A DNA stretch of 64,000 nt, from contig JAGMAD010000003.1 of assembly GCA_023130975.1 (NCBI GenBank), forward strand, positions 1,109 to 65,108. Direction: 5' to 3'. Position numbers and translations under genes: made by a program. Of this stretch, positions 18,920-27,625 are shown one piece after another. Position 1 is the stretch's first letter, and each line of letters starts with the position of its first letter. The stretch is from Candidatus Parcubacteria bacterium (GTDB lineage: Bacteria > Patescibacteriota > Minisyncoccia > Minisyncoccales > JAGMDC01). The notes under the pieces were generated by a model that was given only the letters and a program-made list of their open reading frames with translations, was not told where the DNA came from and did not search any database.

Positions 18920-19681
18920 ATGACAAAACTCAAAAAAATAAAAAATAAATTTTATGTGATTTTTACTGATTTGGACGGGACTTTACTTGATAATGATTAT
19001 TCCTATAAAGATGTCTTGCCGGTTTTGAAGATTTTGAAGAAAAGAAAAGTGCCTGTAATTTTTTGTTCTGCCAAAACAAGAGCAGAGCAGGAATTTTTTC
19101 AAAAAAAGATGGGAATCAACCATCCTTTTATTGTTGAAAACGGTTCAGCCATCTATATTCCCAATAAATATTTTAAAAGAGAAAGAGGTAAGAAAATAGG
19201 GAATTATAGAGTAATTGTTTTAGATGATAAATCTGATAAAATAAGAAAAGAAATTAAAAAGCTTCAAAAAAAATATAAGATAAAGGCATTTTACGACATA
19301 ACTGAAAAGGAGATTTCTAGAATAGCTGGATTTGGTCTAAAAAAAGCAAGATTGGCAAAACTGGCAAAGATTAGAGAATTTGGAGAAACAATAGTAGAGG
19401 CAAATAAACAAGCATTAAAAGAATTAAAAAAGAAGTTTAATGTAGTAAGCGGAGGCAGATTTATTCAGGTCTTTGGCAAAAAAGCAGATAAAGGAAAAGC
19501 TGTAAGGATACTAACTCAAATGTATAAAAACGAGTTTGGAGGAGTAACGACTATAGGCATTGGAAATTCAGAAAACGACAAGCCAATGCTTAAAAACGTA
19601 GATGCGCCTGTTCTCGTTGAGCATGGTCCCAAGGACTGGGCAGAATTTATTAAAAAATTTGTCTTAAAATATGACAGATAA
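18920..19681 (+). CDS. HAD-IIB phosphatase, mannosyl-3-phosphoglycerate phosphatase (MPGP/YedP) family
   Basis: VIFTDLDGTLLD..., VIFCSAKTRAE, PFIVENGSAIYIP and GNSENDKPML motifs. Confidence 0.75.
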   Translation: MTKLKKIKNKFYVIFTDLDGTLLDNDYSYKDVLPVLKILKKRKVPVIFCSAKTRAEQEFFQKKMGINHPFIVENGSAIYIPNKYFKRERGKKIGNYRVIVLDDKSDKIRKEIKKLQKKYKIKAFYDITEKEISRIAGFGLKKARLAKLAKIREFGETIVEANKQALKELKKKFNVVSGGRFIQVFGKKADKGKAVRILTQMYKNEFGGVTTIGIGNSENDKPMLKNVDAPVLVEHGPKDWAEFIKKFVLKYDR

Positions 19682-22217
19682 AATTTATTTAGTTCCTCAT
19701 ACACATTATGATGCTGTCTGGGTTTTTACCAGAGAGGACTACTTTCATATCAATATAGATATTATTTTAAAAAAAGTTGTTGATTTGATTGAGAGAGAAA
19801 AGGACTACAAGTTTTTAATAGAGCAAACATATCTCTTAGAAGAAGTGGAAAAGAAATATCCAGAGCTTTTTAGAAAAATAAGAAAGTATATTAAAGAAGG
19901 AAGAATTGAAATCGCTGACGGAGAATATTTAATGGCAGATACAATGCTTCCCCAGGGAGAAACATTGATTAGAGAAATAATGTTTGGCAAGGAATTTGTG
20001 AAGGAAAAGTTTGATAAAGAAGTAAAAGTAATGTGGCAGGCAGACAGCTTTGGCTTAAACATCCAGCTTCCTCAAATATATAAGAAATGCGGCTATAAAT
20101 ATTTAGCTTTCAGACGCGGCTCTTTTGAAAATAAACCATCAGAGTTTATTTGGCAGGGTTTAGACGGGACAGAGATTTTATCACATTTTATGCCTTTGGG
20201 TTATAGGGCTGGTTTGAATTTAGAAAAACTTGATGAGAATTATAAAAAACTTAAGAAATTGGCTGCGACCAGCAATGTGCTGATGCCTTCTGGCAGCGGG
20301 ATAACCATGCCTCAAGAAGAAACCACAAGAAAAGTTAAGAATTGGAATAAAAACCATAAGTCCAAAATGATAATTGCTACTCCGTTAGAATTTTTCAAAA
20401 AATTAGAAAAAGAAAAAAAGAAATTATTAGTAAGAAAAGGTGAAATGTATTCAGGAAAATATTCTCGAGTTTTCCCTAATATCTCATCAACCAGAATATG
20501 GCTTAAAAAATCTCTAAGAGATTGCGAGAACAAACTGCTTAGTTTTGAAAAATTTAATTTGATCAATTCTCTTTTCAAAAATGATTATTTTAAAGGAGTA
20601 AAAGATTGCTGGAAAAAAGTTTCATTTTTAGCTTTTCATGATGTTATTCCAGGCACAGGCATTGATGCTGGATACAAAGAAGCCAGGGATGATATAAATT
20701 TTTTAAACAAGGAGCTTCCATCTTTAACATCCTATGTTTTAGATTCAATTATTGACAATGATGCCAATAATGAAGATTACGGTGATATTGTAGTTTTTAA
20801 TTCATTATCCTGGCCGGTTTCTAATTGGACAGAGATTGTTTTAAATTTTAAAGAAGGAGAGATTTTTGAGATAAAAGGGCTAAAAAGTGATAATGAAAAG
20901 AAAGAAGTTGAGATTATAGAATCATCAAAGCACAAAGATAAATCTCTAAAAAAAATAAAAATAGGTTTTCTGGCTGATGTTCCGGCAACTGGATACAGGG
21001 TTTATCAGGTTATCAAAGAAAAACCAAAAGGCAAAAGAAGTTGTTTTTTAAAAACAACAAATAATTCAATTGAAAATAAATTTTTTAAAGTTAATTTTTC
21101 CAGAGATAACGGATTGATAGAAGTTTTAAAAGAAGGCAAAAAAATATGCCAAGGAAATGAAATCGTTATTGATGATGAGGGAGGCGATCTTTACTATCAT
21201 AAAGAAAGTTTTGATTTTCCATTAAAAACAGAAAAAGGAGAAGGATTAAAATATGGCACTTTTAAGATCAAAAAACTTTGGCTGGAGGGTTCTTCTCTAA
21301 GAAAAATAATCAACATAGAAACCGATTATTATTCTTTAAGATGGCCATATAGATTAATAGACAATTTAAAGCCGCTCATTTGGAGGTATCCTTTTATAAA
21401 ATTTAAAAAGAAGATAATTATTTACAGAGATATTCCGAGGATTGATTTTTTCACTGTTGTTGAAAACAATCATCCCAGAATAAGATTAAGAGTGAAATTT
21501 GATACCAATATAAACAAACCAGAATACGTTTGCGATACTCAATTCGGTGTTATAAAAAGGAAAACCAATCAATATTACTTAGAAGGCAAGGGATGGATAG
21601 AAAAACCGTCTGGCTTGTTTCCTTGCTTAAGATGGATTGACTATAGCGGTAAAGAAAAAGGAATAGCTCTTATCAATAAAGGGAATCCTGAAAATGAAGT
21701 CAGGGATAAAACTATATATTTAACTTTATTAAGGTCAGTAGATATGCTTTCTTCTGATGGTAAAGCAGGTCCTATGATTCCAGTTTCTGATGCTAAAGAA
21801 TTTAAAAAATATGTTTTTGAATATTCTTTATATCCTCATAAAGGAGATTGGAAAAAGGCGAAGTCCTGGAAGCAGGCATACGAATTCAATAATGCTTTAA
21901 TGGCATTACCACTAGCAAAGAAGAAAAGATATAGAATTAAAAGATCATTTTTAAGAGTCAACCCTGACAATATTATCATTAGTGCCTTGAAAAAAGCAGA
22001 AGACGAAAAAAATATTATAGTTCGGCTTTACGAGACCTCTGGGAAAAAGACAGAAGCGATAATAACTTTATTCAAGAAAATCAAAGAGGCAAAAGCAGTT
22101 GATTTATTAGAAGAAGAGAAAAAAGAATTTGACAAGAGGACTATCTTGAATGAAAATAACATTAAAGTTGATGTTGAAGCGTTTGAAATTATTACTTTAA
22201 AAATAACATTGTTTTGA
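19671..22217 (+). CDS. glycoside hydrolase family 38 (alpha-mannosidase / MngB-like)
   Basis: YLVPHTHYDAVW N-terminal metal site, WQADSFG, 848 aa. Overlaps the phosphatase stop. Confidence 0.85.
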   Translation: MTDKIYLVPHTHYDAVWVFTREDYFHINIDIILKKVVDLIEREKDYKFLIEQTYLLEEVEKKYPELFRKIRKYIKEGRIEIADGEYLMADTMLPQGETLIREIMFGKEFVKEKFDKEVKVMWQADSFGLNIQLPQIYKKCGYKYLAFRRGSFENKPSEFIWQGLDGTEILSHFMPLGYRAGLNLEKLDENYKKLKKLAATSNVLMPSGSGITMPQEETTRKVKNWNKNHKSKMIIATPLEFFKKLEKEKKKLLVRKGEMYSGKYSRVFPNISSTRIWLKKSLRDCENKLLSFEKFNLINSLFKNDYFKGVKDCWKKVSFLAFHDVIPGTGIDAGYKEARDDINFLNKELPSLTSYVLDSIIDNDANNEDYGDIVVFNSLSWPVSNWTEIVLNFKEGEIFEIKGLKSDNEKKEVEIIESSKHKDKSLKKIKIGFLADVPATGYRVYQVIKEKPKGKRSCFLKTTNNSIENKFFKVNFSRDNGLIEVLKEGKKICQGNEIVIDDEGGDLYYHKESFDFPLKTEKGEGLKYGTFKIKKLWLEGSSLRKIINIETDYYSLRWPYRLIDNLKPLIWRYPFIKFKKKIIIYRDIPRIDFFTVVENNHPRIRLRVKFDTNINKPEYVCDTQFGVIKRKTNQYYLEGKGWIEKPSGLFPCLRWIDYSGKEKGIALINKGNPENEVRDKTIYLTLLRSVDMLSSDGKAGPMIPVSDAKEFKKYVFEYSLYPHKGDWKKAKSWKQAYEFNNALMALPLAKKKRYRIKRSFLRVNPDNIIISALKKAEDEKNIIVRLYETSGKKTEAIITLFKKIKEAKAVDLLEEEKKEFDKRTILNENNIKVDVEAFEIITLKITLF

Positions 22218-22243
22218 GGGTGTGGGGTTCGAACCCCACACCC
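22218..22243. other. 26-nt perfect palindrome resembling a tRNA T-arm (gggtgtggggttcgaaccccacaccc)
   Basis: Read directly, between the GH38 stop and the cupin start. No D or anticodon arms, so not a tRNA. Confidence 0.6.
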
Positions 22244-22253
22244 TTAGAAAATT

Positions 22254-22601
22254 ATGGAAAACAAAAAAGATCAAAGACCCTGGGGTTCTTTTGAAGTTAT
22301 AAAAGAAGAGAAATATTATAAAATTAAGAAACTGATTGTTTTGCCTGACAAAAGATTGAGTTTGCAAAAGCATAAGCAAAGAAAAGAACATTGGGTAGTT
22401 GTCAAAGGAACAGCTAAAGTTGTTTTAGAAGATAAAGAATTTATATTGAAAGAAGGCGAGCATGCATTTATAGATATAGAACAAAAACATCGTTTGGAAA
22501 ATCCTGAGAAATCAGTGCTTGAAGTTATTGAAATTCAAATCGGAGATTATTTAGAAGAAGACGATATAGAACGTCTTGAAGACGACTTTAACAGAAACTA
22601 A
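22254..22601 (+). CDS. cupin-domain protein, type II mannose-6-phosphate isomerase-like
   Basis: RPWGSFEVI...LSLQKHKQRKEHWVVVKGTAKV...GEHAFIDIEQKHRLENP. Confidence 0.75.
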   Translation: MENKKDQRPWGSFEVIKEEKYYKIKKLIVLPDKRLSLQKHKQRKEHWVVVKGTAKVVLEDKEFILKEGEHAFIDIEQKHRLENPEKSVLEVIEIQIGDYLEEDDIERLEDDFNRN

Positions 22602-22636
22602 AAATCGCCCCACCGATTGGCGGGGCGATTTTTTTT
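22602..22636. terminator. intrinsic (bidirectional) terminator
   Basis: aaaatcgcccc-accgattggc-ggggcgatttttttt. Confidence 0.8.
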
Positions 22637-22645
22637 ATTCTAGAG

Positions 22646-22728
22646 TGCCCAGGGCGGGACTTGAACCCGCACGCCCAAAAGGGCACGGCTCCTCAAGCCG
22701 CCATGTTTACCAATTACATCACCTGGGC
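22646..22728 (-). tRNA. tRNA-Leu (anticodon GAG)
   Basis: Reverse complement folds as acceptor GCCCAGG/CCTGGGC, D-arm ATGT/ACAT, anticodon loop TTGAGGA, 14-nt variable arm, T-arm GCGGG-TTCAAGT-CCCGC. Confidence 0.92.
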
Positions 22729-23310
22729 TTGTTTATTTTCCTCTTTTGGTTCTTCTTCGGTTTTAGGTGTCGGTTTTTCTTCAATATCTGGTTTTTCTTT
22801 AGCGACGGGTTCTTCTGTTTTTTGTTCTGATTTTGGTTCTGGTTCCCGCCCAGAGTCTTCTGGGCGAGGCTCGCTCCCTTCGGGAGCGGCAATTTTAGGT
22901 TCAGGTGTTGTTGTCACATCAGGCAGGCCTCTTCTCTTTAGACGAGCTTTTCTTCCTTTTGCCTCTCTTAAATAAAAGAGTTTTGCTCTTCTTACTTTCC
23001 CTCTTTTTATTATTTCTATTTTTGTGATAAGAGGGGAGTGAATGGGAAGAATTTTTTCTACCCCAATTCCAGAAATTACTTTTCTTATAGTAATAGTAGC
23101 GTTTATTCCTTTTCCATGCTTTCGAGCTAAAACTAAACCTTCAGAAACCTGAATTTTCTCTTTTTCTTTCTCTTTTTCTTTTATCTTTTTACTTTTAGAA
23201 CCGGATATTACTGGAATTATTTGATGAACCCGGACAGTATCACCAGGCCTGATGTCAGGCAGGTCTTTTTTTAATTGTAATTGATTAAATTTCTCTATTA
23301 TAGTTGGCAT
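22714..23310 (-). CDS. rplS: 50S ribosomal protein L19 with an internal KE-rich insertion and an ~80-aa Pro/Glu/Lys-rich C-terminal extension
   Basis: DIRPGDTVRVHQ...EGLVLARKHGKGINATITIRK...GVEKILPIHSPLITKIEII. The last 15 nt overlap the 5' end of tRNA-Leu(GAG). Confidence 0.88.
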   Translation of the reverse strand: MPTIIEKFNQLQLKKDLPDIRPGDTVRVHQIIPVISGSKSKKIKEKEKEKEKIQVSEGLVLARKHGKGINATITIRKVISGIGVEKILPIHSPLITKIEIIKRGKVRRAKLFYLREAKGRKARLKRRGLPDVTTTPEPKIAAPEGSEPRPEDSGREPEPKSEQKTEEPVAKEKPDIEEKPTPKTEEEPKEENKQAQVM

Positions 23311-23418
23311 ACTAATAAAATTTTTAATTTTTAATTTTTAATTTCTAATGAATTTCTAATTCTTTCTGAAGCTGAAAGCTTCTCCCCGTAGGGTTGCTTT
23401 TTAATTGAAAATTGAAAA

Positions 23419-24051
23419 TTATTTTAACGTTTTTATTACTTTTCTTAAGTTCTCTGACAACTCTGAACTAAACTTTTTTTTCTCTCCATTCGGTAATTTT
23501 ATAGTTAGTTCGTGGGCGTGTAAAAATTGTCGTTTTAATCCTTTTGGCGATGATTGGTTCTTGAATCCGTAGACCTTATCTCCGACAATAGGGTATCCTA
23601 AATAAGCAAGATGGCATCTGATCTGATGCTTTCTGCCAGTTTTCGGCTCTGTCTCAATTAAGGTGTAATCTTTGAATTTTTCTAAAACCCTGTACTCTGT
23701 TATTGCTTCTCTTAATCCTTTTCTTTGGCTGTCTGGTTCATTAAGTAGATATGTTTTTTGCTTTTTTCTATCTTTTAAAGACCGTCCCATTAATGTTTCG
23801 ATTTTACCAGCTTCGGAGATTGTGTCTCCGTAAACTAAAACAAGATATTTTTTGATTACTGTTCTATTTTTAAACTGTTTTTGAAAAAAATCAAGAGCTT
23901 TATCGCTCTTAGCTACTAATAAAATCCCAGATGTATCTTTGTCCAAGCGATGAACTCTCTTTTCAAAATCGTCAGAGTTTATTCCAACCGGCTTATCAAT
24001 CACTAATAAATCATTATCTTGATAAATAATTTTTAACTTTTCACCTTTCAT
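23419..24051 (-). CDS. RluA-family pseudouridine synthase (no S4 domain)
   Basis: HRLDKDTSGILLVAK catalytic Asp motif; ...HQIRCHLAYLGYPIVGD. Confidence 0.85.
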   Translation of the reverse strand: MKGEKLKIIYQDNDLLVIDKPVGINSDDFEKRVHRLDKDTSGILLVAKSDKALDFFQKQFKNRTVIKKYLVLVYGDTISEAGKIETLMGRSLKDRKKQKTYLLNEPDSQRKGLREAITEYRVLEKFKDYTLIETEPKTGRKHQIRCHLAYLGYPIVGDKVYGFKNQSSPKGLKRQFLHAHELTIKLPNGEKKKFSSELSENLRKVIKTLK

Positions 24052-24177
24052 TTTTGTAATTTGTGTGAGTAATTTGTAATTTGGGAGAAAATTCTCATAA
24101 TAAAAGATTTTCTATTCCGAAATACTAATTACAAAGTACAAACTACTTGAAAATTCGAGCAAAGCGAGAATTTTCTG
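24052..24177. repeat. ~125-nt repeat element abutting a tRNA 3' end (copy 1 of 2)
   Basis: Shares gtgtgagtaatttgtaRtt...tctattccgaa...aattacaaa and a terminal gaaaattc...gaattttc hairpin with 29762-29895. Internally inverted (gtaatttgtaatt / aattacaaattac). Confidence 0.65.
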
Positions 24178-24250
24178 TGGGCACTATAGGATTTGAACCT
24201 ATGACCTTCACGATGTCGACGTGACGCGCTAACCACTGCGCCAAGTGCCC
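24178..24250 (-). tRNA. tRNA-Val (anticodon GAC), unusual C33
   Basis: Acceptor GGGCACT/AGTGCCC, D-arm GCGC/GCGC, anticodon stem TCACG/CGTGA, loop TCGACAT, T-arm ATAGG-TTCAAAT-CCTAT. Confidence 0.9.
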
Positions 24251-24267
24251 AAATTTTGAGTTTTTTG

Positions 24268-24339
24268 TGGGCGTACCTGGATTCGAACCAGGAACCTCGG
24301 CCTTATAAGGACCTTGCTCCGCCATTGAGCTATACGCCC
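24268..24339 (-). tRNA. tRNA-Ile (anticodon UAU)
   Basis: Acceptor GGGCGTA/TACGCCC, D-arm GCTC/GAGC, anticodon loop CTTATAA (U34 A35 U36), T-arm CCTGG-TTCGAAT-CCAGG. A27:G43 mismatch. Confidence 0.85.
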
Positions 24340-24353
24340 ACCTATTCTGGCAA

Positions 24354-24389
24354 TATAAGATCAGCGCTCTACCACTGAGCTACACGCCC
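24354..24389 (-). pseudogene. tRNA 5'-half fragment (acceptor + D-arm + anticodon stem/loop up to CTTATA)
   Basis: GGGCGTGTAGCTCAGTGGTAGAGCGCTGATCTTATA, then the linker TTGCCAGAATAGGT. No 3' half. Confidence 0.75.
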
Positions 24390-24403
24390 ACCTATTTTGG
24401 CAA

Positions 24404-24422
24404 TATAAGGACCTATACGCCC
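24404..24422 (-). pseudogene. tRNA-Ile(UAU) remnant (acceptor 5' strand fused to anticodon arm 5' part)
   Basis: GGGCGTATAGGTCCTTATA followed by the same linker TTGCCAAAATAGGT. Confidence 0.7.
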
Positions 24423-24424
24423 GG

Positions 24425-26341
24425 TTATGTTTTCTTTTTTATTTTAGCTTTCTTGATTTTCTTTGCTGATTTAATTTTAGCTGGCTTAATTGGTTTTGAG
24501 GGCTTAAATAAGCTTTCAAATTCTTCTTTTTCAATTGTTTCTTTTTCGATTAAGGTCTTAGCAATTTTTTCCAAAAGCTTTTTGTTTTTAGACAAAAGCT
24601 TTTGGGCTGTAGATTCGGCATTTTTAATGAATTTGGCTATTTCTTTATCAATCTGAGCAGCTACCTTTTCAGAATAATTTCTTTGTTCAGAGATTTCTTT
24701 TCCCAAAAAGACCAATTCCTCTTTTTCGCCAAAAGAGATGGGTCCCAAAGATGACATCCCGTACTCTTTAACCAGTTTCCGAGCTAATTCTGATGCTCTT
24801 TCTAAATCGTTTGCCGCGCCAGTAGAAATTTCTTTGAATTTTAATCTTTCGGCAGTATAACCGCCTAATAAAACCGCCATTTCAGCCAAGAATTCTGATT
24901 TCGTTTTTAATCGTCTTTCTTCAGTAGGAACTTTCAAAGTATAACCGGCTGCCATTCCTCTGGCAACAATGGAAACCTTTCTTACTGGTTCAGTTCCTGG
25001 AATAATCGCAGAAACTAAAGCATGCCCTGCTTCGTGAAAAGCAGCCATTTTCTTTTCTTTTTCTGATAAAATGTGTGATTTTCTTTCTGGTCCTAATAGA
25101 ACTTTTTCAATTGAGTCCAAAAATTCTTCTTGGAAGACCTGGTGCTTGTTTTTCCGAGCCGCTAAAATAGCCGCTTCATTAACAACATTAGCCAAATCAG
25201 CGCCAGAAAAGCCAGGTGTTCTTTCTGCCACCTCTCGCATGTTTATATTTAAGGATAAGGGCTTACCGCGACAATGAATTTTTAGAATTTCTTCTCGGCC
25301 ACTGATGTCGGGTAAATCTAAAATCACTCTTCGGTCAAATCGTCCCGGCCGAAGCAGGGCAGGGTCGAGGACATCAGGTCTGTTGGTGGCCGCAAATACT
25401 AAAGTGGTAGCTTCTTTTTCAAAGCCATCCATTTCAACTAATATCTGATTTAAGGTTTGCTCTCTTTCATCATGTCCGCCGCCAATTCCAGCTCCTCTTA
25501 CTCTACCTATGGCGTCTAACTCATCAATGAAAATTATACTCGGCTGTTGCTTTTTAGCAGTAGAAAAAAGATCTCTTACTCTACTTGAGCCCACTCCGAC
25601 AAACATCTCAATAAATTCTGAACCGGAAATTGAGAAAAAAGGTACACCTGCTTCAGAAGCCACTGCTCTTGCAAGTAGAGTTTTTCCTGTTCCCGGTGGT
25701 CCCATTAATAAAACCCCTCGGGGAATTTTTGCTCCCATTTTTAAATATTTTTTTGGATTTTTTAAGAAGTCAACAATCTCTTCTAATTCCTGCTTGGCTT
25801 CTTTTAGTCCAGCTACATCTTTAAAAGTTATCTTTTCTTTGGGCTGTCCTTCAGCGCCAAAAAGCCGGGCTTTAGCTTTGCCGAAATTAAATGCCTGCAT
25901 AGCTCCTGTTTTTGCTTGGCGGAAAATCAACCAGAAGAACAAAAGGAAAAAGAGTAAAGGCAGAATAATGATAGATAAGGGTCCAAGCCAAAACAATAGT
26001 CCCCCTTCTTCTTCTATTCCAATATTGGCTTTGTTGATTTTTTCTTGGCTTAATCCGTAGTTCAGCAAAGCATCAGAAAGAGCTATTTCAGTTTCTTTTC
26101 TTGTTTTTGCTTTTGTTTCGTCAAGATAGGTTATAGATATCTCATTTCCAGAGACAATTATTTTCCCAATTTTTTCTTCTTCAATATCTTTTACCAATTG
26201 GCTGAGAGAAATTTCTTTTTCCTGCTCAAAGGGCTGGGAAAACAAAGCAAAAATAGCAGAAATAGTTAGAAAAATAAGGAAGATAAACAACAAATTTTTA
26301 GAAATACTTTTAATATCTTTTCTTTTTGGCATATTAGTCAA
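24425..26341 (-). CDS. ftsH: ATP-dependent zinc metalloprotease FtsH
   Basis: [19 protein letters not shown] region, HEAGHA. Confidence 0.97.
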   Translation of the reverse strand: MTNMPKRKDIKSISKNLLFIFLIFLTISAIFALFSQPFEQEKEISLSQLVKDIEEEKIGKIIVSGNEISITYLDETKAKTRKETEIALSDALLNYGLSQEKINKANIGIEEEGGLLFWLGPLSIIILPLLFFLLFFWLIFRQAKTGAMQAFNFGKAKARLFGAEGQPKEKITFKDVAGLKEAKQELEEIVDFLKNPKKYLKMGAKIPRGVLLMGPPGTGKTLLARAVASEAGVPFFSISGSEFIEMFVGVGSSRVRDLFSTAKKQQPSIIFIDELDAIGRVRGAGIGGGHDEREQTLNQILVEMDGFEKEATTLVFAATNRPDVLDPALLRPGRFDRRVILDLPDISGREEILKIHCRGKPLSLNINMREVAERTPGFSGADLANVVNEAAILAARKNKHQVFQEEFLDSIEKVLLGPERKSHILSEKEKKMAAFHEAGHALVSAIIPGTEPVRKVSIVARGMAAGYTLKVPTEERRLKTKSEFLAEMAVLLGGYTAERLKFKEISTGAANDLERASELARKLVKEYGMSSLGPISFGEKEELVFLGKEISEQRNYSEKVAAQIDKEIAKFIKNAESTAQKLLSKNKKLLEKIAKTLIEKETIEKEEFESLFKPSKPIKPAKIKSAKKIKKAKIKKKT

Positions 26342-27455
26342 TAAAACTTAAAGTCATTCTATGCTCTTTTGGGTCAAGAGATAAAATTTTAAAGTTATAC
26401 TCTTTTTCTGTTTCTATTTTTCTATCCATTTTTTCCTTGGTGCCGAATTCAGAAATATGGCATAATCCCTGAATTTTCGCTTTTTCCAGCTGAACAAAAG
26501 CACCGAAATTATTTAACTTTACTACCTTACCTTTAATTAAATCACCCTTTTTATGTTCTTTTTCAATATCCTGCCATGGGTCTTTTTTCAGGGCTTTCAA
26601 AGACAGGAAAATTCTACTATCAGTAATGTCAATAACCTTGGCTTTTACTTTTTCTTCTATTTTTACTATTTCTGAAGGATTTTTTACTATTTGCCAGTCA
26701 AGCTCAGAAATGTGAATCAGTCCTTCTAAATATTTTTTTGGTTTATCCGTAGAACTATCTTTCTCTTCTAATTCAGCAGCTGGAAATTTTATAAAAGCTC
26801 CAAAATCAGTAATCTTGGTGATTTCTCCTTCAATAATATCTCCCTTTTTATAATTTTTTAGGGCTTCTTTAATGCTTTCCAATTCACCAGCTTTTTCAGA
26901 AAGGACCAATTTTCCTTCTTCTAAATCAAGATTAATTATTTTTACTTCCATTTCCTGGCCAATAAATTTTTGAAGTTCTCTTACTATTTGGGACTTATCT
27001 GAACCTTCTATACGGGGATAGTGCTGGAAAGAAAGCTGGGAAACAGGCAAAAAAGCAGAAATTCCATAGAGATCTGTTAATAGTCCTCCTTTGTTGGCGC
27101 CGGTAATTTTTACTTTGATAGCTTCTTCTTTTTCTTTGATGTCTTTGAGTTTTTTCCAATTGATTTCTCTGCTTGCTTCAGAGACAGAAAGTTCAATATA
27201 GCCCCTTTCGTTATCTAAGCCAATTATTTTAGCCGAAATCTCATCTCCTTTTTTTACATCCTTAAGAATGTTTTTGGCTTCTTGAAATTCTTTTCCGAAA
27301 ATTATTCCCGTGCCTACTGAACCTAAGTCAATAAAAACACTGGAGCGCTCAATGCCCACTACTTTGCCTTCAACAATTTCTCCTGTTTTTGGAGGTTTGA
27401 CTAATTCATTTTTTATTTGGAGAAAATCAGTGTTCTTCATAACTTTAATATACAT
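26334..27455 (-). CDS. rpsA: 30S ribosomal protein S1 (four S1 domains)
   Basis: Repeated G.iveG.V..i...gafv.l S1 motifs; 373 aa. Confidence 0.85.
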   Translation of the reverse strand: MYIKVMKNTDFLQIKNELVKPPKTGEIVEGKVVGIERSSVFIDLGSVGTGIIFGKEFQEAKNILKDVKKGDEISAKIIGLDNERGYIELSVSEASREINWKKLKDIKEKEEAIKVKITGANKGGLLTDLYGISAFLPVSQLSFQHYPRIEGSDKSQIVRELQKFIGQEMEVKIINLDLEEGKLVLSEKAGELESIKEALKNYKKGDIIEGEITKITDFGAFIKFPAAELEEKDSSTDKPKKYLEGLIHISELDWQIVKNPSEIVKIEEKVKAKVIDITDSRIFLSLKALKKDPWQDIEKEHKKGDLIKGKVVKLNNFGAFVQLEKAKIQGLCHISEFGTKEKMDRKIETEKEYNFKILSLDPKEHRMTLSFID

Positions 27456-27625
27456 TATTTTTCCATTTTTTACAAGAGATAGGTTGACAATTCCTTTTAA
27501 AGGGTAGAAAATAAAATAATAAATAAAGGTTGGGGATGACCTTATAATTATTAATAATTCTACAAAATAATTTTAGTTTATATCTAATAGAAATATTTAT
27601 TAAAATTTTTTACAGAAAAAGCAAT

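Noticed and set aside
22218-22243. tRNA gene suggested by GGTTCGAACCCC.
   Set aside because: Only a T-arm-like perfect palindrome is present, with no acceptor, D or anticodon arms. It is more likely an inter-cistronic hairpin.
24178-24250. tRNA-Val C33 as evidence of a pseudogene.
   Set aside because: All four stems and the T-loop are canonical. C33 is unusual but does not by itself invalidate the gene, so it is kept as a tRNA with a note.
25509-26060. Long antisense/overlapping ORFs, e.g. 25509..26060 in ftsH, 11170..11727 opposite the methyltransferase, 44036..44407, 5364..5744, 10445..10756 and 12335..12652.
   Set aside because: These are shadow ORFs within strongly supported genes on the other strand or frame. 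They have low-complexity translations and no motifs.
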